Source: Pristiophorus japonicus (lineage: Eukaryota). From it: a stretch of DNA of 64,000 nucleotides. The stretch spans positions 11,284,001 to 11,348,000 of the forward strand of contig NC_091977.1 of assembly GCF_044704955.1 (NCBI RefSeq). Direction: 5' to 3'. The position numbers and the translations under genes are program-made. The notes under the pieces were generated by a model that searched no databases, was not told where the DNA came from, and saw only the letters and a list, made by a program, of their open reading frames with translations. Shown here piece by piece: positions 1-10,392 of the stretch; positions within the stretch are counted from its first letter, which is position 1, and every line of letters starts with the position of its first letter.

Positions 1-200
1 CTCGATTTGGGAAGAAAGTTACAAAAATAGTTCAGGAGCCCCAGGAATGAACGCAGCTCCGTCGCATTATCGAGTCTGGGTGCTCTCTGGATCGCTTCCA
101 TTTTGGACGCAGTAGGTCTGATCCTGTCTGCTGCTACCCTCCTCCCCAGGAATTCTACCTCTGGAGCTAAGAAAATGCACTTCACCTTTTTCAGTTGCAC
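1..200 (-). mobile_element. Ty3/Gypsy LTR-retrotransposon pol fragment (RT C-terminal part)
   Basis: Manual minus-strand translation VQLKKVKCIFLAPEVEFLGRRVAADRIRPTASKMEAIQRAPRLDNATELRSFLGLLNYFCNFLPK matches the Gypsy KC.F...V.FLG...LRSFLG..NYY pattern; runs off the window edge. Confidence 0.85.
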
Positions 201-689
201 CATAAAAATGATGGCAGACTAAACACACTGCTCTAAATGAGGGCATGCGCAGTATCTATAATCGCGTGCCATTACCTGGAGTCCTTGTGCTTCGGGATCC
301 ACTCCCGTGTCTAAGATGGCGATGTGATTTCACCCCCCATCCCCACAACCACTGCCACTGCCGTTGTACTCTAGTCCCCTCGGTAAAAGAGACATTGCGA
401 TGAGCAGCCATGAATCGACTCTAAAATGGATGGGACATAGTCCAATAGACAATGTATTCTGGGTACAGACATCCGCCATTGGGGTCCAGAATCACGGAGC
501 AGATCCTTTTAAGATCAGGCCGGGAGAATCGCTTTTGTGAATTGACAAATTGAATGAATTACCGTGTGTTACCTGGATGCAGTTTGGGTCTCCACTCTGA
601 CCTACGAGAAGTGAAAGTGACCAACAAGGAGCTCGAGCTCGGGCTCGCGGTTTATTTCGGTCCCGTCCAGCGGGCCAGAGAGAATGACT

Positions 690-2216
690 TGGCTGCCTAA
701 CCCAATCTGCATAGCCTTCTACTCCTTTCTCCCTCGTATACTTATCTATCTTCCCCTTAAATGCATCGATACTATTCACCTCAACTACTCCCCTATGGTA
801 GCGAGTTCCACATACTCACCACTCTCTGGGTAAAGAAGTTTATTCTGAATTTCCTATTGGATTATTAATCTTATATTTATGGCCCCTATGTCTGGTCTAT
901 CAAACCCCTTCATAATTGTAACGGCCTTTATCAAGTCACCCCTCAACCTTCTCTGTTCGAGAGAAAAGAGCCCCAACCTGTTCAAACGTTCCTGATACGT
1001 ATAACCTCTTAGTTCTAGTCTCATTATTTAGTCTCCTCTTATTTAAGGAGGGATATAATTGCATTGGAGGCAGTTCAAAGAAGGTTCATTAGATTAATTC
1101 CTGACATGAAAGGGTTGACTTATGAAGGACGGTTGAGCAGGTTGAGCCTATACTTATTGGTGTTTAGAAGATGAAAGGTGATCTTAATGAAACACTAAGG
1201 CGCCTCGACAAGGTAGATGCAGAGCGTGGTGACTCATGGGGGAATCTAGAACTAGGGGGCAGAGTTTAAGAATAAGGTTTAGAACTGAGATGAGGGGGAA
1301 TTTCTTCTCTCAGAGCGTTGTAAATCTGTGGAATTCTCTAACCCAGAGAGCTGTGGAGGCTGGGTCATTGAATATATTTAAGGTGGAGATACAGATTTTT
1401 GAACGATAAGGGAGTGAAGGGTTATGGGGAGCGGGCAGGGAAGTGAAGCTGAGCCCAAGATCAGATCAGCCATAATCTTAATAAATGGCAGAGCAGGCTA
1501 GAGGGGCCAAAAGGCCTACTCCTACTCCTATTTCTTATGTTCTGATGTTCTTATCAACCTTGAAAATCTTTTTTGCCGTGCCTCTATTGCCTTTTTACAA
1601 TATGGAGACCAGAACTGTGCACAGTACTCCAAGAGTGGTCGAACCAAGGTTCGATACAAGTTTAACACAACTTCATTACTTTTCAATTCAATTCTTCTAG
1701 AAATGAACCTCAGCGCTTGGTTAGCATTTTTATGGCCTTGTTAAACTGATGAAGGGGGAAGTTGAAATATGAGGAGAGATTGAGTAGATTGGGCCTCGAC
1801 TCTCTGGGGTACAGAAGAATGAAAGGTGATCTCATTGAAATATAGAAGATTCTGAGGGAGATTGGCAGCGTAGATGCTGAGAGATTGTTTCCCCTGGTTG
1901 AAGACTTTAGAACTCGGGGGGCACATTCTCAGGATAAGGGGTCGGCCATTTAAGACCGAGATGAGGAGGAATTTCTTCACTCAGAGGGTTGTGAACCTTT
2001 GGAATTCTTTGCCCCAGAAGGCTGTGGATGCTGAGTCTCTGAATATATTCAATGCTGAGATCGATAGATTTTTGGACTCGAGGGGAATCAAGGGAAATGG
2101 AGACTGGGCGGGAAAGTGGAGTTGAGGTCAAAGATTACAAATGATCTTGTTGAATGTCGGAGCAGGCTCGAAGGGCCGCATGGCCTACTCCTACTCCTAA
2201 TTCTCATGTTCTTATG
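690..2216. mobile_element. Mosaic of CR1-clade LINE 3' fragments in both orientations
   Basis: RNFFTQRVVNLWNSLP-type C-terminal ORF2 pieces (1874-2125); 3' tails ggcctactcct...ttcttatgttct near 1545 and 2215. Confidence 0.85.
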
Positions 2217-2429
2217 AAGCTTCTGGTCCTGTGAAGTCTGTTCACAAACCTGCCCATTCCCTTGGTGATGGTATAATGACACACACTTAACACTCAGTTC
2301 ATTGTCTTTCAATACTGAATGTCAGAATGCATTTAACAGAATCAGCACGTGCAAATTATATGAAATACAATAAACATCAAAAGTGCACAGAAAACCTCTA
2401 CACTGGAGAATGTAGGAATGGTTTCTTAC

Positions 2430-2776
2430 CATGTACGAGCTGCAGACATGTCTCAGTCTGGATCAGATTTATGTAATTGTCCCGTGGCTTGTACTCCACC
2501 AGACACAGGTAAGTGTGGTTGTTTTTCACGCTCAGCTGCTTTATCCTGGTTGAAGCGTTTCCCCCTTTGGGTTCCCGACGAGCTCGTACCGATTTCCACC
2601 GTTTACAGTTGTCCAATATCCATTTGATTGGGCTCTAAATGTGACTACGTGTTGGTAGGGCTCCTTCCTCATCCATGCAACAGTTGGGTTGGTGTAGTCG
2701 CTGGGTGTGAACATACAGGGCAATGTAACCAAAGCTCCCTCGGTCCCTCTCACCATTGAGCCATTTCCACTAGCAG
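2430..2776 (-). pseudogene. Second V-set Ig exon of a Siglec-15-like receptor, with a 1-nt frameshift (real lesion or assembly error)
   Basis: Acceptor tttcctcag| at 2777-2778 and donor G|gtaaga at 2429; phase 1/1; 347 nt (348 expected). Reads VTLPC..F...VAWMRKEP...RYELVGNPK, then after the frameshift in the G-run near 2561-2565 GNASTRIKQLSVKNNHTYLCLVE...TCLQLVH. Confidence 0.8.
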
Positions 2777-3197
2777 CTGAGGAAAGGACAGACATCAGAA
2801 TGTGTCAGATCAACCTACATCATTTTTAGATTCAATTTATTTTGTATTTTTCAACTTTACAATAGAATGAATGCTTAAAAACTGTACTGACATATTTCTC
2901 CAGGGCTGCCCCAAACAGGCTGTTTATATTCTCCTACAGCACACACCCTGATCAAAATAGCCCCATCCCCCATTCACTCTCTGCGTGAAGGAGAACCTCC
3001 CGATATCAGTTCTAACATTGCATTTCATTGCTTTCAACCCGTGATGCTGGTGCTACTCGCACAGTTTGATTTAAATAAGTACTCCAGATTTATTTTTACT
3101 GGTTTAGTTGATTGCTGCTCTGAATTGATTGGACTTATTGAGCTTTGAGTCTCCCAAGCCTCCTGGGTGTCTTTCACCCTCAACTTTAGCTGTATCA

Positions 3198-6100
3198 GCA
3201 ACATAGAAACATGGAAACATAGAAAATAGGTGCAGGAGTAGGCCATTCGGCCTTTCGAGCCTGCACCACCATTCAATAAGATCATGGCTGATCATTCACC
3301 TCAGTACCCCTTTCCTGCTTTCTCTCCATACCCCTTGATCCCCTTAGCCGTAAGGGTCATATCTAACTCTCTCTTGAATATATCCAATGAACTGGCATCA
3401 ACAACTCTCTGCAGTAGGGAATTCCACAGATTAACAATTCTCTGTGTGAAGAAGTTTCTTCTCGTCTCAGTCCTAAATGGCTACCCCTTATCTTTAGACT
3501 GTGTCCCCTGAGTCTGGACTTCCCTAACATCGGGAACATTCTTCCCGCATTTAACTGTCCAGTCCCGTCAGAATTTTATACGTTTCTATGAGATCCCCTC
3601 TCATCCTTCTAAACTCCAGTGAATACAGGCCCAGTCGATCCAGTCTCTCCTCATATGTCAGTCCTGCCATCCCGGGAATCAGTCTGGTGAACTTTCGCTG
3701 CACTCCCTCAATAGCAAGAACATCCATCCTCAGATTAGAGACCAAAACTGAACACAATATTCCAGGTGAGGCCTCACCAAGGCCCTGTACAACTGCAGTA
3801 AGGCCTCCCTGCTCCTATACTCAAATCCCCTAGCTATGAAGGCCAACATACCATTTGCCTTCTTTATCGCCTGCTGTACCTGCATGCTAACTTTTAATGA
3901 CTGAGGTACCATGACACCCAGGTCTTGTTGCACCTCTCCTTTTCCTAATCTGCCGCCATTCAGATAATATTCTGCCTTTGTGTTATTGCCACCAAAGTGG
4001 ATAACCTCACATTTATCCACATTATATTGCATCTGCCATGCATTTGCCCACTCACCTAACCTGTCCAAGGCACCATGCAGCCTCTTAGCGTCCTCCTCTC
4101 AGCACACCGTCACCCAGCTTAGTGTCATCTGCAAACTTTAGATATTACATGCAATTCCTTCATCTAAATCATTAATGTATATTGTACATAGCTGGGGTCC
4201 CAGCACTGAGCCCTGCGGCACTCCACTAGTCACTGCCTGCTATTCTGAAAAGGACCCGTTTATCCCAACTCTCTGCTTCTGTCTGCCAACCAGTTCTCTA
4301 TCCACGTCAGTACATTACTCCCAATACCATGTGATTAATTTTGCATACCAATCTCTTGTGTGGGACCTTGTCAAAAGCCTTTTGAAAATCCAACTACAAC
4401 ACATCCACTGGTTCTCCCTTGTCCACTCTACTCGTTACATCCTCAAAAAATTCCAGAAGATTTGTCAAGCATGATTTCCCTTTCACAAATCCATGCTGAC
4501 TTGGACCGATCCTGTCACTGCTTTCCAAATGCGCTGCTATTTCATCCTTAATAATTGATTCCAACATTTTCCTCACTACTGATGTCAGGCTAACCAGTCT
4601 ATAATTAACCGTTTTCATTCTCTCTCCTTTTTTAAAAAGTGGTGTTACATTAGCTATTCTCCAGTACATAGGAACTGATCCAGAGTCGATAGACTGTTGG
4701 AAAATGATCACCAATGCATCCACTATTTCTAGGGCCACTTCCTTAAGTACTCTGGGATGCAGACTATCAGGCCCCGGGGATTTATCGGCCTTTAATTCCA
4801 TCAATATCCCTAACACAATTTCCCGCCTAATAAAGATTTCCTTCAGTTCCTCCTTCTCGGTAGACCCTCGGTCCCCTAGTATTTCTGGAAGGTTATTTAT
4901 GTCGTCCTTCTTGAAGACAGAACCAAAGTAGTTGTTCACCTGGTCTGCCATTTCTTTGTTCCCCATTATAAATTCACCTGAATCTGACTGCAAGGGACCT
5001 ACGTTTGTCTTCACTAATCTTTTTCTCTTCACATATCTATAGAAGCTTTTGCAGTCAGTTTTTATGTTTCCAGCAAGCTTCCTCTCATACACTATTTTCC
5101 CCCTCCTAATTAAACCCTTTGTCCTCCTCTGCTAGATTCTAAATTTCTCCCAGTCCTCAGGTCTGCTGCTTTTTCTGGCCAATTTATATGCCTCTTCCTT
5201 GGATTTAACACTATCCTTAATTTCCCTTGTTAGCCACGGTTGAGCCACCTTCCCCGTTTTAGTTTTACTCCAGACCGGGATATACAATTGTTGAAGTTCA
5301 TCCATGTGATCTTTAAATGTTTGCTATTGTCTATCCACCGTCAACCCTTAAAGTATCATTTGCCAGTCTATTCTGGCCAATTCACGTCTCATACCATCGA
5401 AGTTACTTTTCCTTAAGTTCAGGACCCGAGTCTTTGAATTAACTGTGTAACTCTCCATCTTTATAAAGAATTCTATCATATTATGGTCACTCTTCCCCAA
5501 GGGCCATCACACAACAAGACTGGTAATTAGTCCTTTCTCATTATACATCATCCAGTCTAGGATGGCCAGCCCTCTAGTTGGTTCCTCGACATATTGGTCC
5601 AGAAAACCATCCCGAATACACTCCATGAAATCCTCCTCCACCGCATTGCTACCAGTTTGGTTAGCCCAATCTATATGTAGATTAAAGTTGCCCATGATAA
5701 CTGCTTTACCTTTATTGCACGCATCCCTAATTTTTTGTTTGATGCTGTCCCCAACCTCACTACTACTATTTGATGGTCTGTACACAACTCCCACTAGCGT
5801 TTTCTGCCCTTTGGTATTCCGCAGCTCCACCCATACAGATTCCACATCATCCAAGCTAATGTCCTTCCTTACTATTGCGATAATTTTCTCTTACACCAGC
5901 ACGCCACCCCACCTCCTTTTCCTTTCTGTCTATCCTTCCTGAATGTTGAATACCCCCTGGATGTTGAGTTCTCAGCCTTGGTCACCCTGGAGCCATGTCT
6001 CCGTAATGCCAATTATATCATATTCGTTAATTGCTGCCTGTGCAGTTAATTAGTCCACTTTATTATGAATACTCCTCGCATTGAGGCACAGAGCCTTCAG

Positions 6101-6355
6101 GCTTGTCTTTTTAACACACTTTGTCCCTTTAGAATTTTGCTGTAATGTGGCTATTTTTGATTTTTGCCTTGGGTTTCTCTGCCCTCCACTTTTACTTTTC
6201 TTCTTCCTATCTTTTGCTTCTGCCCCCATTCTACTTCACTGTCTCCCTGCATAGGTTCCCATCCCCCTGCCATATTAGTTTAACCCCTCCCCAACAGCAC
6301 GAGCAAATACTCCCCCTAGGATATTGGTTCCGGTCCTGCCCAGGTGCAAACCGCC
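3198..6355 (-). mobile_element. CR1-clade LINE, degenerate, end of ORF1 through 3' tail; intronic between the two Ig exons
   Basis: EN (5507-5854), RT (4394-5092) and C-terminal ORF pieces; (TTTCTATG)-type tail near 3200. Confidence 0.95.
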
Positions 6356-6655
6356 CGGAGCATGTTTGTTACCCATTTTCTTTCCTACTTAAGATGGTCG
6401 CTGACTCTTGTTAGGCACTTGGACCAAGGAATCCTTCCTGATGGATGAGCCTAAACAGTGACTGTTGGCAGGTTATTTCAGTGGGAGGTGGGGGAGGGGG
6501 GATGGGAAATGGAATGATAGTCATCCCACCATGGCCACACCAAATGAGGGCTGGGAATGTACTAACGTTACCACGTCCTCAGCCAATGAGGGATGGTAAA
6601 TTACTAACCCTATCATGACCTCAGGAATTGGGGCTCGGGAGGTACCAGCCCCATC

Positions 6656-7275
6656 CATCATCATCATAGGCAGTCCCTCGGAATCGAGGAAGACTTGCTT
6701 CCACTCTTAGCATGAATTATTAGGTGGCTGTATACTCCAATACGAGAACCACAGGTGGAACAGTCAGTGGTTGGAGGAAAGTGTGGGTGGGGAGCCTGAT
6801 TTGCCGCATGCTCTTTCCGCTGCCTGTGCTTGATTTCTGCATGCTCTTGGCGACGAGACTCGAGGAGCTCAGCGCCCTCCCGGATGCACTTCCTCCACTT
6901 AGGGCGGTCTTTGGCCAGGGACTCCCAGGTGTCAGTGGAGATGTTGCACTTTATCAGGGAGGCTTTGAGGGTGCCCTTGTAACGTTTCCTCTGCCTTTGG
7001 CTCGTTTGCAGGGAAGGAGTTCCGAGTAGTGCGCTTGCTTTGGAACTCTCGTGTCTGGCATGCAAACAATGTGGCCTGCCCAGTGGAGCTGATCAAGTGT
7101 GGTCAGTGCTTCAATGCTGGGGATGTTGGCCTGGTCGAGGACATTAATGTTGGTGCGTCTGTCCTCCCAGGGGATTTGCAGGATCTTGCGGAGGCATCGT
7201 TGGTGGTATTTCTCCAGCGACTTGAGGTGTCTACTGTACATGGTCCACGTCTCTGAGCCATACAGGAGGGCAGGT
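6656..7275 (-). mobile_element. RTE-clade LINE 3' fragment
   Basis: PALLYGSETWT...HQRCLRKIL..I.WEDRRTN...LHWAGHI...PK; (ATG)n tail after gagggactgccta. Confidence 0.92.
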
Positions 7276-7590
7276 ATCCCTACCATCACGGTAGTCCCAT
7301 GGGCAGCCCCACCACGACCTCGGCCAATGGGGGCTCGGGAGGTACCAGCCTCACCATGCCCTCGGCCAATGCCTATAGAGCAGGGGTCACTTGGTAGAAA
7401 TCTTGGAGCTAGAATCCCCCGTGATGTTTTTTGTGCTCCCTAGCCCAGAACCACTGAAGCGAGCTTGAACACGTCAAACCAGTGAGGCTATGTGAAACAC
7501 ACTATCGGAGACACATGTTTAAAAGCTTTTCAATGCTAGTCTCTACTCCCTTTCCTTCTTACTGCCTCCTGCTTCAGATCAACGAAGAAC

Positions 7591-7660
7591 GCTCAGGGCA
7601 GTGTTCAAACCCGAGACTCACCGAACCAGGTGGAGCCTTTCCCCACTGAGCTATCGGAGC
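7591..7660 (-). ncRNA. tRNA-derived sequence (SINE head or tRNA pseudogene)
   Basis: A-box-like TAGCTCAGTGG, B-box-like GGTTTGAACAC, terminal GCTC/GAGC pairing. Confidence 0.45.
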
Positions 7661-7689
7661 AGCGACAGCCCCTGAGCAGTGCTCCTCAC

Positions 7690-8076
7690 CTCTCACACTC
7701 AGAAGCGTTCCTGTCCAAGTTCCAAAGTTGTCAATATTGAGCTCCACACGACACCGATAACAACCATTGTCCGCCTGGCTCAGCCGCTCCATCATTATCG
7801 AAACATCGTTGTTGCTGAGGTTCCCCACGAATCTGAATCGATTCCCGCCTTCCTGCTGCCTCACAATCTCACACAGCTCGCCCTGTGAATGGCCCAGACC
7901 AGAATACGTGCAGGTAAAAATAACTTCCAATGAGTGCACTTTGAACCATTTCACAGTGCCGGTGAGCAGGCGATCAGTGGGTGGGTGGGTGAAACTGCAC
8001 GGCAAGACAGTGGACCTCCCTTCCTCAGCACTCACTGTATCCGCGGTGGTCATTGTCCAACCATTATTAGAAGCCT
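7690..8076 (-). CDS. V-set Ig exon of a Siglec-15-like receptor (sialic-acid-binding-type V domain)
   Basis: Acceptor ctctctccacag| (8077-8078) and donor G|gtgagg (7689); 387 nt, phase 1/1, open. VLPCSFTHP...W...IFTC......LC...RFRFVGNLSNNDVSIMMERLSQADNGCYRCRVE closely parallels Siglec-15 VLPCTFTHP...FRC...ELC...RFRLLGN..NDLSLRVERL..AD..YFCRVE. Confidence 0.88.
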
Positions 8077-8232
8077 CTGTGGAGAGAGAGACAACATTAA
8101 AACAGCACTAGGTCAGACTCAGTGTTTGGAAAACATACTGCAAGACAATATACTGAGTCAGTTATATAGTGACAACAGATATAACATCACACGGTCAGAT
8201 TGGGATGGTTTATACATGGGCATCGGACACTG

Positions 8233-8905
8233 TGGAGTGATATACAGGCTGGAATCCAATCGAGGGGTTCGGGAGATTTATATATACTATAATGGATATC
8301 AGGGGGAGAGTTACAAGCTGTAATCTAATCGAGGGATTCGGCAGGTCTATATATACAATAATGGATACCCGGGAGTGAGTTACAGGCTGGAATCTAATCG
8401 AGGGGTTCGGGTGGTTTGTATAGACAATAATGGATACCCGGGAGTGAGTTATAGGCTGGAATCTAATCGAGGGGTTCGGGAGGTCTATATATACAATAAT
8501 GGATATCTGGGAGTGAGTTACAGGCTGGAACCTAATCGAAGGGTTCGGGAGGTCTCTATATACAATAATGGATACCCGGGAGTGAGTTACAGGCTGGAAC
8601 CTAATCGAGGGGTTCGGGAGGTCTATATATACAATAATGGATACCCGGGAGTGAGTTATAGGCTGGAACCTAATCGAGGGGTTCGGGAGGTCTATATATA
8701 CAATAATGGATATCTGGGAGTGAGTTACAGGCTGGAACCTAATCGAGGGGTTCGGGAGGTCTATATATACAATAATGGATACCTGGGAGTGAGTTACAGG
8801 CTGAAACCTAATCGAGGGGTTCGGGAGGTCTATATATACAATAATGGATACCTGGGAGTGAGTTACAGGCTGGAACCTAATCGAGGAGTTCGGGTGGTTT
8901 GTAAC
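8233..8905. repeat. 69-bp minisatellite, about 9.5 copies
   Basis: Unit caggctggaacctaatcgaggggttcgggaggtctatatatacaataatggatacccgggagtgagtta (8521 to 8590); gives the 23-aa repeats in the ORF track. Confidence 0.97.
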
Positions 8906-9159
8906 TACCATCTGTTCCCTAGGTTAGATTGCAGGTCTTTGTTGTTTTTGAAGTTTTGTCGCTTTGTTTGTTTGAAGGGTGGGTTTGGTCCTGCGTTTTC
9001 TGGCACTGATAATGTGCGTAAGACTTTTCTCCAATCTCTCGGTTGTGTCAGGAGACCAGGAGGTGTCTGAAGAACAGCACTCAGGGCCCTCACTACAGAG
9101 TCTTGTCTATTTACTGTCATTTTCTACTTTATTACCATGCCAGCCTTCATCCAACTGTT

Positions 9160-9646
9160 TCATGTGTCATGTGGCAAGTCTTTTAAAAAAGGAAGCAGAC
9201 AGAAAGCAGGAGACTATAGACCAGTTCGCCTAACATCTGTAGTTGGGAAAATGCTGGAGTCTATTATTAAGGAAGCAGTAGCGGGACATTTGGAAAAGCA
9301 TAATTCAATCAAGCAGAGTCAGCATGGTTTTATGAAAGGGAAATCATGTTTGACAAATTTGCTGGAGTTCTTTGAGGATGTAACGAGCAGGGTGGATAAG
9401 GGGAAACAGTGGATGTGGTGTATTTGGATTTCCAGAAGGCATTCGATAAGGTGCAACATAAAAGGTTACTGCACGAGATAAAAGTTCACAGGGTTGGGGG
9501 TAGTATATTAGCACGGATAGAGGATTAGCTAATTCACAGAAAACAGAGAGTCGGGATAAATGGGTCATTTTCCGATTGGCAAACAGTGACTAGTGGGGTG
9601 CCGCAGGGATCGGTGCTGGGGCCTCAACTATTTACAATCTATATAC
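9160..9646 (+). mobile_element. CR1 RT fragment
   Basis: [15 protein letters not shown]...[14 protein letters not shown]. Confidence 0.9.
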
Positions 9647-10392
9647 CCGCACCCCAGCCGCAGCCCCCCCCCCCCCCCCCGGCCCCACCACACAAAGAGC
9701 GACGTGCGATCAGAGGCAGGATTCAGGGTGGCTTTTGGAGGGATGAGAGGTAATGATAACCTCTGTGAACTCTCGTGGAAGCAAGTCATCCTCGTTCGAG
9801 GGACCGCCTGTGATGATGGGATAACCAGAGTGAGACAGGAAGGGACAGAGCATTCTCTGTCACAGAAAGTTGTTGAGTCCAGTTCGTTGGCCATATTCAA
9901 AAGGGAGTTAGATGTGGCCCTTATGGCTAAAGGGATCAAGGGGGTATGGAGAGAAGGCAGCGGTGGGGTACTGATGAGGATATAAATGCAAGTCTTTCTT
10001 TCTTGCTCACTTCCTTGTTTGCAGTCTCTGAGAATTATGCCTTTTGATTGGCTGCGTAGACAGCTTGTTGACATCACAGCAGCTCGTACAAGGGGATACC
10101 CACTATATTCCACTAAATTGAATTGAAGGCCGGAAAACCCGAAGTTGTCGACACAAGGTGAAGATAATTCGCCAGGACCGGATGAAATATATCTGAGGCT
10201 ACTAAAAGAAGCAAGGTAGGAAATTGCGGAGGATCTATCCATCATTTTTCAATCCTCCCTGGCTACAAGAGTTGTGCCAGAGGATTGAAGAACTGCTAAT
10301 GTTGTACCATTGTTTAAAAAGGGAGGAAGGGATAAACCGAGCAATTACACGCCAGTTAGTTTAACCTCGGTGGTGAGCAAATTACTAGAATC

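Noticed and set aside
8210-9070. 233-aa and 231-aa repeat-protein ORFs on both strands
   Set aside because: By-product of a 69-bp (multiple of 3) minisatellite; no splice or domain evidence
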